A DNA stretch of 64,000 nucleotides from Eledone cirrhosa (lineage: Eukaryota): NCBI GenBank assembly GCA_964016885.1, contig OZ024743.1, positions 286,502,001-286,566,000 of the forward strand. Direction: 5' to 3'. Position numbers and translations under genes: made by a program. The notes under the pieces are model-generated. The model was given only the letters and a program-made list of their open reading frames with translations. It was not told where the DNA came from and searched no databases. Shown piece by piece: positions 14,022 through 27,306 of the stretch. Numbering within the stretch: the first letter of the stretch is position 1; the number at the start of each line of letters is the position of its first letter.

Positions 14022-14644
14022 TTCACTCACTGAAAAGTTAACCTGGTTATGTAAATTGACTAAATGCGAGTTGGGATTTCTCCTGGTCACCTTTAGAACT
14101 TCTTTCCACTTACAGGTAAGCGTTTAAATACCAGTGAGTCATTCATTATCTGTATTCTCCTGTTCACAACTAACAGCGAAGTACCGATTAACTAAAATCT
14201 AGTATTAACAAGAGCTCAAGACATTACACCATTACAGTTTATAATGATTTAGTCAGTAATCGCATATTACTAACATTTTTATTCACTCATTTATGTTAAA
14301 GTAATGAAAATAATCTATGATTTCTGGGTGTGTAACGAAATCATGAAATTAGATCAGATGCTTATGATCATCCGTACGACACAAAATAATAAAATGAACA
14401 TAATTTTATAATTCATTCTTTATAATTTAATAATAATAGTTTCATTTTTCTAAAAGTAAAAGCTTTCAGAGTAAAGAAATTTAAACGTTACAAGTTCGAG
14501 AAGGGATAGAAAACTAAAAATACAAAAGTATAAATTTATATGGAATTGATTGCACTTTTGAATGAAAACTACTTCAGTTTATAAAAAGTAACTAATCAAA
14601 GTGGGTAACCACCGTGTTCAATAAGAGTACATTATATTATAATG

Positions 14645-14830
14645 GGGAATTGGCAGTATCGGTGGAGAGTTGGACGCCATGCTTTCTAGCATAGTTACGT
14701 CCCTTTACAGTCTGAGTTCAAATCCCGCCGAGGTTAACTTTGCCTTTCATCCTTACGGGGTCGATAAAATAAAGTACCAGTAATGTACTTGGTAATTGCT
14801 GGCCTTGTGCCTAAAGTAGAAACAATTATA
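14645..14830 (+). mobile_element. tRNA-derived SINE
   Basis: Same family core as 3170-3733. Confidence 0.9.
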
Positions 14831-14935
14831 TTATAATAATAGTTTTGATTTAGGTAGAAAGCCAACAATTTAGGAGGGGAGGTTGATTGAATTGACCCGA
14901 GTGTATAACTGGTACTTTATTTTATCAACCCCCCC

Positions 14936-15044
14936 ATAATAATTGTTTCTACTTTGGCACAAGGCCAGTAATTATCCCAGTACGTTACTGGTACTTTATT
15001 TTATCGACCCCGTAAGGATGAAAGGCAAAGTTAACCTCGGCGGG
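14936..15044 (-). mobile_element. 5'-truncated SINE, inverted relative to 14645-14830
   Basis: Reverse complement of the SINE 3' half (cccgccgaggttaac...gtagaaacaattatt). Confidence 0.85.
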
Positions 15045-18000
15045 ATTATAACTTTAGTGTTCAGTAGTAATCTTTCCCGGACATTTAGCCAATATTGTCA
15101 GAAAATTTTATTCGTATATGTGAGAGTGAATGAGGAAAATGGGTGGGGGTTAAAACGGCAGAAAGCCAAAAAGAGAAACGTATGTAATTAAACAAGAAAA
15201 GCCAATGTCATAACAAAAGAAAAAGATTGTTAATATAGTATTTGTTCATAGATGTAAATTGGCGAGAAAATATATGAACGAATGGCGGAAAGAACATATA
15301 TAGATAGCATTATACCAATGTTTTTTTTTAAGGGAGGAAAAATTATTTTATTTCAAAATACTCAAATATATTCCTAGGATAAAATAACATAAAAACAATA
15401 AAGAATTTAGTATTTAGACAAACATATAGAAAAAGAAAGTAGTATTGGAAAGGACTATAAATGAGAGGGGAAGAACTATTAGGCAACAAAAAAGTGGGGA
15501 GAGGGTGACAGAATCTACACCTAAGTTAGAAAGGTGTTTTGGCTGCGCCCCGCTGCCAAAATAGCAAAGGCATCACAACATCCATAATTGATTTCCTGTA
15601 AAGCGCAAGACATCAAATTTATAGATGAATGAAAATAAAATGAGATTGCATTATGTCCATGGCTTTCACAAGTCTATTAGCAGCGTAAGAGAAGTGTAAA
15701 GATAACAACAACCAAAATGGGTAATTCTGTTTAATAAGATTCACTTATAAAACGCGATTTCTAAGAAAATACTTATAGAAATCGCAGTATTAAAAAGTCA
15801 ACTTAACAGAAGAAGCAGCCATGTTATTTCACAAAAGAATTTATAAATCACAAGTCCAACTCGTTTTCTGCATGAACGACCGCTTCCTTTTCGTAAGTTA
15901 AAATCTAAAAAAAAAAAGAAAAAAACGTTAACGTACATCATATGTTAAATATTTGATCGCTAAGCTTTTGTCAATCATATAAGGCGAACGTTTTTACAAA
16001 GTGTACTAGGCTTTTAAAAATACACTATCCAATATGTTCATAATTACTTCACTGTCTTCCTCCCACCACTTATATTCGAAATAAGATATAAATGTGTGTC
16101 CGTTCCTTTTGTTTTACAAATTGCTCTGCCGTTTTAATCATTCATCTTATTTAATCAATAATTTCCTTTCGTTTCCATAACTCAAGTAACCAAGAAAAGC
16201 ATTTAATTGATTTTCTAATTAAAAATTAATTACAACATATTCTATTTATAAGGTTTGTTTCCTTCCAAACACTCTTTGGGGTCCCGGGAGAAGAAGAAGA
16301 AGACGATATTCTATTTACAAATGAATTTGACGACTGGTGAAATCCGACACCAGGGGAATATTTTCTATTGTTTTCGAAAATAACATACTAAATTATAACC
16401 TCGGTGGATCCAATAATTTTCTTATGTGGTCTGTATGTCAACTTTTGATATAATAGCTATCGAGGTGGACCTTATATATAGAAAAATCTGAGGCTCTCTC
16501 AAGGTAGACATCGTCAAACTTGCACAGAGACAGATGGGCAATCGCTAACTCGCAAACTCACACCTTCTGGCGTTCCCAGATCTTGCCAGACGTCTCAATC
16601 ACAATGAAGGTTAGTGAATTCAATCTTCTGCATTCATTTCTCACACATTTTAACAACATCGCTATCATACAGCCTTACCACACTATCCAAAGCACACCTG
16701 GCATTCCTTCCAGCATCTTTTATTGTTTTCTCATTCATCGCATGGTTTTTGTCCTAAATCATGTCAACAAATAAAATATATTAATTTAGTGGTTTCGTGG
16801 TTTTGTTCATTTGTAAACTTCATATCAATATGATTGGGGAAAATCTCTTTCCCCGCGGCAACATCACCTCGCCTCAACAAGCAGCTTCCACTACTGGTTC
16901 CATTGACTATGGCAAGTATCGTACAATTCACTGAGACACACGCATCATTTGGACTTGACCAATCGACCTTTTACTTCAACGTTTCCACTACAAATTAACA
17001 ACAATACAACAATCAACATTAAAGATACTGCTAAACAAATTCGCCTTTCAAATATTTAACATTGGAAGAAAATGGCAACAAAGTATTGTTTGAATCATAT
17101 TGATTCAAACATTCTACGTTCTCTGCTGTTTGACTTCACCCTGATTTTCATTGTGACTGCAATCAAATACGAGTTATAAAGTCGACTGTAACCTTGGACT
17201 CGGAGATCAGGTCATTAACGCCGAGATTAAGAAGTCTAATTGAAACTATTTCAGTAGAAAGATCAATACGCTTAAAGCTCGGTAGGCTGAGAAAGCTAAC
17301 TAAATATACGAGATGTATATAACCTTGATGCGTCCTTAACTCATATCTGTGTGTAGGCATGCTTAGACACAGGAAAGATCAATAAATAGATGTGACTGAT
17401 AATTATGGCAAGTTCGACGGCATTTAATAATAATTGTTTTTGTATTTGAACACAGTTAAATAAAAACAAACTTCCACTTAGAGTCTATCCTAAACACTGT
17501 TGTTCAACTATGGTCACTACAGAAATAGTGTGAGCATGTATTTTTTGCACTTCATTCGATTAACCATTGCATGTCGGAATGTGCAGCATGATCTAGAGAC
17601 ATAGTATATCATGTATCTGGGACTAACCTTGGATCACACCTAATGGACTAACCGACTAACTACATGCTCCATTATGGCTAATCTGTGGTTACACACATTA
17701 ACTACAACTGCAACGATAAATGGCGGATTTGGCAAAAAAAAAAAGAAGACATGTGAAAGGAAATATTGTGAATGAAAAACAGATCAAAATAACAAAGGAT
17801 ATATTTCTTCTGATTAAAGAAAATTAACCTTCCATAAAGTTTGGATTGTGTGAGGAACGTTCACAAGGTATAGAGAGATGTAATTGTGAGTGGGGAGAGA
17901 AAATAATTAAGAGTGACAGTGTAAGAAGGAATAGTAGAAATAAATAAAGATGAAGTGAAAGAGAAGGCGACAGAAAGAAAAACGATGTTGTAGAGAGTAG

Positions 18001-18334
18001 AGTAAGAGGGACATAAAATAGTGAAAAGGGAACAGAAAGAAAAACAAGTTTGAAAGAAACAAGAAAAGAAAAACAAAGAAATTGTGTAGTGTAAATAAAA
18101 GTGAGGGAAAAGAGAAAGAGAAAATGAGTGGAAAGAAAGAACGCAAATAGGATAGAAAAGATTATAGATGAGAATGAAAAAAAGAGTCCTAGACAGCTAG
18201 CCAGTCAAAGAGAGAAAGAGAGAAAGGGGTGCGAGTAATAAGATAATTAAACACAAACTGGTGTTGTAACAATGAGGCATGTTATTAATTCCATCTCAGG
18301 GTGAGTTCTTACTGAAACCCGCATCTTCCTAACA

Positions 18335-18802
<468 letters not shown>

Positions 18803-19340
18803 ATATTCTTCTTTTTGGTTAATATCATCTTGGTTAAGAGAGTGGGACTGGCTTTGTGCAGTGCCTTTGCTCACTATAAAAGCTTCACGGCACAGGCATT
18901 GCTTTATATCTGGAGATCTCTCTGCACTTGTCGTCACATGGTACCATGGGCCCAGCATTATGTGTCAATAATTGTCACAAGTGTAGTGTTTGTACCAGAG
19001 TTTTCAAGTCGCTGGCTGGATTAAAAAGTCACACTCGTTCAGCGCATCGGTAGGGGTTCTCCTACATGGATATAAAGTAGTGGCCGTACTCGAAAACGAG
19101 TTGGCAGCCACCATATGTATGTATGTATGTATACACACTCCCACACACACACACACGGAGAGCCTAGGAGAGGTGGGGTCCAGCCGGTACTTTGTTCCGG
19201 GAGCCCAAAAGCTAAGAAGGCCCCCACAACAACCATGCAACATCCATTTTGAGAAAAATTTTGCCTGCTTCGGGCCCCAAAAGAGTCTTGTACGGTCTTG
19301 CAAAATTTCTCTTGCGAGGCCCTGCACACACATATGCGCG

Positions 19341-19408
<68 letters not shown>

Positions 19409-19508
19409 ATAACCTCTGTTATTTTCGTTCAACTAATTTATTTAAATTATTCTAAGCCGAGAATCATTCGGTTTCCTAAATAGAATATTAGTCTGACTTC
19501 ATTTATAC

Positions 19509-19749
19509 CATAAACGTGGTTTTGTCTTTGCGTGTAATTGTTCTCATCGCTCCACATAACGACGTATTGTCTTCGCTTTGTTCCGTTCATTGCCAGAGAA
19601 CGTCTCCACGAACCAAAGTATCGTCTTCCAGTTTTCCTTCGGTGGCAACGTTTTTCGAAATATTTACTTCTGCGTTCACAGATTGATTTTTTCAGTTTCA
19701 GAATATCCCGTTAAGGGTGAAAGCCACGATTCTTTGCTTAAACTTTAAT
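19509..19749 (+). repeat. ~240-bp dispersed repeat, second copy at 21254-21490
   Basis: Shared blocks cacgaaccaaagtatcgtcttcc, acgtttttcgaaatatttacttctgcgt and cgattctttgcttaaactttaat. Confidence 0.85.
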
Positions 19750-19865
19750 GTTTTTTTAATAAATGTTTACTCGAGGGTTCTTATATATTTGATATATATA
19801 TTTATCCTTATCGAGCCCTCTTTGGATTTTAGTCTTCACATTTATTATTATTACACACACACGTG

Positions 19866-20052
19866 GCGGTGGATTGGCAGTATCGGTAGAGGGTTGGACG
19901 CCATGCTTTGACGCATAGAGTTATGGCCCTTGCCATTCTGAGTTCAAATCCCGCCGAGGTTAACTTTGCCTTTCATCCTTACGGGGTCGATAAAATAAAG
20001 TACCAGTAATGTACTGGGTAATTTCTGGCCTTGTGCCAATAGTAGAAACAAT

Positions 20053-20057
<5 letters not shown>
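19866..20057 (+). mobile_element. tRNA-derived SINE inserted at a (CA)n tract
   Basis: Family core; attattacacacacac on both sides (TSD-like). Confidence 0.9.
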
Positions 20058-20132
<75 letters not shown>

Positions 20133-20136
20133 GTAT

Positions 20137-20413
20137 GTATAGGTAGATTTAAAAAGTCGAGGTCAATGTTGCAGCATATGTACAAACTTTATTTGCACAT
20201 TACAATTGTTTCTATATCGATCAGCTCAGGGTACAATGAAAGTGACGGGGCCCGACTCGTTTTCGACATCTCGTCGACACATCTTTGTACATATAAGAGT
20301 TGGGCCCCGTCACCTTGATTGTACCCTGAGTTGATTGATATCGAAATGATTGTAATATGTAACGATTGTAATATGCTGCAACACTGACTTCAACTCTTTT
20401 AAATCTACTTACA
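20137..20413. repeat. Diverged palindromic element next to (TA)n
   Basis: gtagatttaaaa/ttttaaatctac ends; cagctcagggtacaat..gtgacggggcccgactc versus gagttgggccccgtcac..attgtaccctgagttg. Confidence 0.85.
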
Positions 20414-20576
20414 CTCTGCACACTACAGCCGTAACATTGGAATACAACGCAAACGAAACGGACCTCGTAATAGCATTAAGTGCTTCGAACGGCGCGCCGT
20501 CTATAACTGTTGTTACACACCTAACACATACACACGTTCACACACATACACACACCCACACACGCACACATATATA

Positions 20577-20906
20577 TCTATATATATATATATAAAACTG
20601 AGGATGCGTGTGTATGTCCGTACCCACATAACTTCTACAGTTTGCAACCGAGTTTCTTCAAATTTGGAACAAACATGCGTTATGTTACCAGGAGTGTTGG
20701 GGGGGGGGGGTTGTCTAACACGGCCCCCAGATAAATATTGGTTGGTTGGCTGGCTGCACGAAAACTACACACACACACACACACATATATACATCTAAAG
20801 AGAGAGAAGGAGAAGTAGAGAGAGAGTGAGATAGGCCATTATGCAGAGAGAGGTACAAGATATTCAGATAGAGAAAGAGAGAGAGAATGGCGACGAACGC
20901 TGGTTT

Positions 20907-20967
<61 letters not shown>

Positions 20968-21502
20968 TAAAGACAGAGAGAGAGAGAGAGATCTGCACGT
21001 TCTTGATTGTTCTCCATTCTGTACAGAAAGAGAGAGAGGGGGTATGAGAGAAAGAGAGAGAGTAGGTATGAGAGAGGGGGGGTATGAGAAAAGAGAGTGA
21101 GGGGGATTGGGGAGGGGAGAAAATGATAGCAGCGTTCGATAACTTTAACTTTCATTTATTTATTCTTTACAAACTTTAACTCTCCCCCTTCCTCAACCTT
21201 ACATCTCTTTCTCTCTCTATTTCACACAAGACGTACTGTGACTCTGTGTGTGTCATAAACGTGTTTTTGTCTTTGCAAGAAATCGTTCTCCACGCTCCGC
21301 ATAACGGCGTAATTATCCTCGCTTTTTTTCATTCATTGCAGGGAACGTCTTCACGAACCAAAGTATCGTCTTCCTGTTTTCCTTCGGTTGTACGTTTTTC
21401 GAAATATTTACTTCTGCGTCCACAGCTTGATTTTTCTTAGTTTCAGATCCCGATAAGGGTAAAAGCAGCGATTCTTTGCTTAAACTTTAATCTATTCTTA
21501 TA

Positions 21503-21533
<31 letters not shown>

Positions 21534-22311
21534 GTAAAGAATGCGATGTCACATGGGTGTGGAAATGGTGATGATGTATTCATTCCAAGAATTACTATCA
21601 TTCCATCAGGAGCAGAAATTTCATTTTCCTTTAGAAGACTGCAATTTCCCATTCGTTTCAGCTTTGCTATGTACATTAACAAATCCCATGGTCAGACATT
21701 ATCTGTGTCAGGACTTCACTTGGAAGAGTCATGTTTCTCACACGGACAATTGTATGTTGGCTGCTCTAGAGTGGAAAGCAAAAGAAATCTATTTGCATAT
21801 GCTCGACAAGAAAAACAAAGAACATTGTTTACCAACAGGTCTTATAATCGCAATAACAAGGAGGTAGGTACGCACGACTTTTTCTTGAACAAACTTGAAG
21901 GAATTTTTTTTCATTTCTTAACCCAAATCAGTTCATTTTGTCTTAGGTAAAGGCCTCCAAAGAAGAGATCCTCCATTGATTGACAAACGGTGAAAGAGAT
22001 AACCGCCTTTAACCGCTTCTTTGGAGTCGACTGAAGCACTGCAGTGCAATGCAACAAAACGTCGTAACTTCTGGAGTTTGCAACCGATTTTCACCAAACT
22101 TGACACATGGGCTACGTATGTTCTACAGATGGATTTGAACACTCGGAATTGGCACATATTGAGTAGGAGACCCCTGGGGGCAGGAATCCATTTTTGGAAA
22201 AAGCCGATGATTTTGTACAAATATAGTTTTCGAAGAAGCACTGAAGTTTTGACATCAATGCTATACATGACAGCTATTTAATACCCGAGCAACGCCGGGG
22301 ACCTCTGCTAG
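20577..22311 (+). mobile_element. Non-autonomous Helitron with a PIF1-helicase C-terminal fragment
   Basis: 5' TC(TA)n AAAA start; VFIPRI...RRLQFPIRFSFAMYINKSHGQTL...FSHGQLYVGCSRV at about 21540-21850; 3' hairpin cccgagcaacgccggg (22284-22299) then CTAG (22308-22311), between A and T. The 5' boundary is less certain. Confidence 0.8.
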
Positions 22312-22498
22312 TATATATATAAAGTAAGCAAGAACAAAGTCTCAAGGTTGCATCATATATAGATTTTATTCACACATGACAATTATTTTTATATCGATTA
22401 GCTCAAGATACGATCATGATGGCCGGGAACTGACACTGCATCGACAGTTCAGAACAAGTGGCGAAAAAGGTCAATGAATCCTTTTATATACACATATG

Positions 22499-22529
<31 letters not shown>

Positions 22530-22744
22530 ACAAAGGAATTGTGGTAAGGAACCAGATGGACCATAACGCACCAGAGTACTCAATACTTAGGGTAGTAGAG
22601 TGGGAAATAGGAAAAAGTATGACCCCATATATGGGGTCATACTTTTTCCTATATATATACATATATATATATATATATCATCATCATCATCGTTTAACGT
22701 CTATCCTCCAAGCTAGCATGGGTTAGACGGGTTTGTCCCATATA

Positions 22745-22805
<61 letters not shown>

Positions 22806-22936
22806 AAAAACGATGAAGTTTCGTTTACAGGTATTGGGTCGTCAAGTATGAAATTTGTAGAAAAAAAAGATATGACCATATGCCTCACTACAAATGTTAT
22901 ACTTGACGACCGAATATTTAGTTTTTTATTGTTTCG

Positions 22937-23010
22937 ACCTGTTACGCGCGTTTCACAGAGGATTGGTTCAAGATGATCTGCATTATTATTGATCTGCTCT
23001 TCAGACTGGT
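22937..23010 (-). ncRNA. Type I hammerhead ribozyme motif (Penelope-like)
   Basis: accagt-CTGAAGA-GCAGA...TCTGT-GAA-ACGCGCGT-A-acaggt: stem II 5 bp, palindromic stem III, GUA triplet, stem I 5 of 6 pairs. Confidence 0.7.
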
Positions 23011-23117
23011 GATACAACAAAAAATATAGTGTTTGTTTTGATATCGATCAGCTCAGGGTAGTTCATGATGACTACCACCAGTAATTCATTTAAACACACA
23101 CGCACACATATATATAT

Positions 23118-23652
23118 ATCATCATCATCATTTTACGTCCGCTTTTCCATGCTTGCAAGGGTTGGGCGGGTCCTATTCAGCACAGCATCTCTCCACTTGT
23201 CACGGTCCTTCGTCATCTCCTCCGTGAGTTTCAGCGATCTGAGGTCTGCTCTCACCACCTCCGCCCATGTTTTTCGTGGTCAACATCTACTGCGTCTTCC
23301 TTCTACTGGGATTTCTTGGCACTTCTTTACCTAGATGTCATCCTCCATGCGCATCACATGTCCATACCATCTCAGCCTTCTCTCCTGCACACCACAACTT
23401 ATCGCTCTTATACCCAGTTTCTTTCTCAACTCGTCTATGCTTGGTCGTTCACGCACATTGGCATGGCACATCCAACGGAGCATACTTGCTTCATTTCTCT
23501 CCAGCCGTCGCATATCTTCTGCAGTTGCTGCCCATGTCTCACTACCATGCAGCATCGCGCATCTCACACAGACATCATATAACCGTCCTTTCGTACGCAG
23601 GGAGAAACCATTCTTCGTCAACAGAGGAAGCAGCTCCCTAAACTTCTTCCAC
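23118..23652 (-). mobile_element. 3' end of an RTE-like LINE with (GAT)n tail
   Basis: WKKFRELLPLL...MLHGSETW...MLRWM...RRLRWYGHVMRM, then PRKTWAEVV; tail ggaaaagcggacgtaaaatgatgatgat. Confidence 0.9.
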
Positions 23653-24171
23653 ATTTCGTTTATGTATTCGTTTTACAAAATTCTTGATTTGAAATCTTGC
23701 ATTGAAATAGATATTGTTATACTTTGGAAGGAAGATGTTTCCAATAAAAACACATGTACCAGACGAGTTTCACTTCAGTTTATCTTTAGTTAAGTAATTA
23801 ATCGTTTCCTCGGTTAGTTTAGAAACTAGATGGGTGTTTAATTGTCAAAGCTCTTTCGTCACACATCCCGTGACATTCTCAACTCCTTTGTGTCTCTTTT
23901 TTGTTCTGCTCTTGTTATATTTACTTTGTCATGTCTTTTAGTGACATGTATGTGGTCTGCGATGTGTGTGTGTATTTTTACATGTTGAAGTAGCAACACA
24001 CAAAGATACATGTGTGCTGAAAGAGTTTTGACAATTAAATATGACACTTAAGCAGCCATCTGGTTACTAAACTAACCAAGAAATGGATTAGTTACCTACC
24101 TAATAATATAACTGAAGTGTGAAACTCAACTGTTGCATGTTTTTATTAGCAGCATGACCCTCCAAAAGTAT

Positions 24172-24231
<60 letters not shown>

Positions 24232-24697
24232 CTGTGTGTGAATATCTTACTGTTTTACGATAGGATCATGCCAGATACTTGTGTTTCAAGATTTTTTTTA
24301 ATCCAATCCCAGCCAAATCAAACATGCATTATATGCAAATGAACTTCTCCAGCAGATATCTTATTGCAAAAAGTATATAAAGTATAACTGATTCTAATCT
24401 CAGAACAGAGTGAGTAAACGATATTGATAAAAAGATTAGTTTTGGTTGATTGGATGATGGGGGTCCAATAAGATCCAAAAATTGATTAAAGATGTTTATC
24501 ATTTTTTTCAATTTACAGGGAAAATTCTATTTTCTGGCATGTTTACATGCCTACATATTAAATATGTGTATATATTTATACACATTGGTATAGTCTCGGT
24601 TACACACTTTATATTTATACAGATATAACTTTAATATATACACACATATATCTGGGTGTGTGGGTGTGTCTGCATATGTGTGCCTGGTCTTCTAAAT

Positions 24698-25163
24698 CAG
24701 AGGTCCCCAACCACCAGGCCACGGACCAGTACCAGTCCGCGGATCATTTGCTACCAAGCTGCAAAGAAATAATTAACTTGTTTAAAATTATATAATAGAT
24801 AAATTGAATATCGCACTTTAATTTTAAAAGATTTTAGATATTCAATATTCATCTACTCAATACTATCTATCATAACGGTAAGGGCTCCCACTAATTCTAC
24901 ATTATAGTGAGTTGATATTGATGTGATAATAGTGTAATAGGTGTTGATTCAAGGAAACTAAGCACACAAGTGTGTGGTCGGGCTGGAGCCCTAACACGAG
25001 AGACAAAAGATTATACCCTTTTTCTTCCCTTTAATAAATTGCTCTTTTTATTATTGCTCTCTTTATCGAAATACTTAAATAACACATATGTGCAACTACC
25101 AGTCCATGGCAAGATTGTCTGGCAGAAGCCAATCCGTGGTCTAAAAAAGGTTAGAAACCACTG
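24698..25163. mobile_element. hAT (Charlie-like) MITE with perfect 8-bp TSD
   Basis: Termini cagaggtccccaacc / ggttagaaaccactg; TTCTAAAT at 24690-24697 and 25164-25171. Confidence 0.9.
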
Positions 25164-25432
25164 TTCTAAATTGTCAGTGGCATAACAACAGCTATCTATC
25201 AATCCATCTTCCTATTTGCTGTCTATCTGTCTGTATGACTGTGGTAAGAAACTCTCTGGAGAGCTAGACAGCAGAAGGTTCTCAAAGAAGAAATCCCCCT
25301 CAAACATGTGTTTCGGCCTGTGTGAGTAAGAAAGGAGTTTAGTGAGGAATTCAATGTATAGGTATGCGTTCATCAAGGTTTGGTCCTCAGCCCACTTCTG
25401 TTCATTATATTTCTCCCAGCTACTACAGAAAT

Positions 25433-25680
25433 AGGTGCACATGGCCTAGTGGTAAGAGTGTTAGACTTATGATTGTAATGTTGTGTGTTGTGTTCTTGAG
25501 CAAAACACTTCATTTCACATTGCTCCACTATACTCAGCTGAAAATGAGTACCAGCAGTAGTTGGGGGGATTAATCCTGTGATTGACTTGTGTCCTGTCCA
25601 GGAGGAAGTATTGTCTTCTGTCCCTTAATGGATAAGTACCAACTTAATGAGCCTTCAGGCTTGAGATAGACTTTAGACTT
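25433..25680 (+). mobile_element. tRNA-derived SINE (second family)
   Basis: catggcctagtggtaagagtgtt head, tgtgttcttgagcaaaacacttcatttcacattgctcca core. Confidence 0.7.
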
Positions 25681-25702
25681 TAGACATTATGGAGGTGTTT
25701 AA

Positions 25703-25920
25703 CCCTTTAGCATTTAAACCGGCCATATCCGGCCAGAACTCTCCCACCTCTTTCTGTTCAAACCAGCTGTAACCAGCTGCTCATACTGGCGTTAAGGTAT
25801 TGATCTCAAAATAAATAATATCAAAATCTCAGATTCAATATTAAGTGAGATATTTTGTAAGATAAAGACTTTTTCAAAAAAATACAATAGTATATATAAA
25901 GTAGTGCAAATGCTAAAGGG
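25703..25920. mobile_element. piggyBac-like MITE with TTAA target duplication
   Basis: ttaa|ccctttagcattt ... aaatgctaaaggg|ttaa; related copies at about 42178-42372 and 48669-48831. Confidence 0.9.
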
Positions 25921-27031
25921 TTAAGACTGTTTTCCATGAGAACTTCTTTATGATTTACTCCTTATAGCTAAATCCCTAGAAGAATAGAATTCAAAGAGTA
26001 TACTTAACAGAATGTTTTCTTTAGTGTAGAAATTGAACATAAAAGGTTTAATATTTGAGAAATGTTCATTACTTTTATTAGTATTTAACATGAGGTCAGC
26101 CCTGATCAAGCAGAGATGCATGATGCCAAGTACTCCATATCTTTTAAAATATTGGAGTATGATTCGAGGCAGATTTGGCTGTTATTTCCAGCAGGCTGAA
26201 CAACTATGTGGTGGCTCCATTGTTGGCTTATTTTGTTAATATTATTATCACAAGTCATGATACTTAAGTTATTATTTTGGCTTCTAAGTTACAATTATTT
26301 ATGCATAAAGTAATTTAGTAATAATTTGGTAATTCCATAGAAAGCCCATATATATTTGATTCACATAACAAATACTACTAGTACACATTCAATTACTCTC
26401 TAAAACAAATACATGTACAGCACAGCTGTTCACACCTTTGCAATATCATTTGTGAGAGGGAGAGAGAGGAGGTGGAGACAGACAGACAGGCAGTCTTAGA
26501 AAATAAAGACATAAATGAAACTTAAGATAACAGATAATGATGTATTTTTGGCACAGTTTGTGATGCACCCTGTCCTAGAATGTTAGCCTATGAAAAAATA
26601 GTCATTCCTTTTTGGTTTCTTATTTTTGGTACTTCCCCCTCCACCTCCCAATACTGTTTCTCTCTGCTACTTACCCCAATCAGGGTTACCTAGCCACCTA
26701 ATTCACCTTATTCTCATTGGTTTTAACTAGTATCACCCATCCCAAAGCCACCACTTCTTTGAGATTGGTAAGACATTTTGATTTGCATACACAAAACACA
26801 CAGAATGTAAAAGCTTATTATATAAACATGCAACACACACACATTTTTCTCCCTCTCAATTTCACACATACATATATATCTACACAGTTTTACCACATAA
26901 ATGCATATACATCTAAATACACATACAAATGTCTGTTCATATCTACTCCTCCTTCTATTCCAAAAGAGTATTTATATTTTTCATGAATACAGTATATGAA
27001 CATTAAAACTACTCTGACTGTTACCTTTCTT

Positions 27032-27100
27032 ATTGGCCAATCAAAATGATTTACCCCTGGGTAGATGAATGGGTATATAAACCCCCAGCCAAGCAGTTTT
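27032..27100 (+). promoter_or_regulatory. Arginine kinase distal promoter (P1a)
   Basis: ATTGGCCAAT double CCAAT (27032-27041), cctgggtagatgaatggg, TATATAAA (27074-27081), gcagtttt; ATG 82 nt downstream of the TATA start. Confidence 0.75.
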
Positions 27101-27155
27101 CTTTGCTGCATCTGACTTTCTTACTCCCAAACACTTGGAAAATTAAGATATAATT

Positions 27156-27306
27156 ATGGCTGATGCCGATGAACTTTTCAAGGCTCTTCAAGATGCCACG
27201 GAGTGTCATTCTTTATTGAAGAAACATCTCACTAAGGAGCGTTTCGAAAAGGTAAAGACGCTGAAGACCAAGTTTGGTGGGTCGATAGCAGATTGCATCC
27301 GCTCAG
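27156..27306 (+). CDS. AK: Arginine kinase alternative first exon 1a (MADADELF...ADCIRS-G)
   Basis: SLLKKHLT..KTKFGG.IADCIRSG phosphagen-kinase N-terminus; 151 nt; phase-1 donor G|gtaag compatible with exon 2. Confidence 0.92.
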
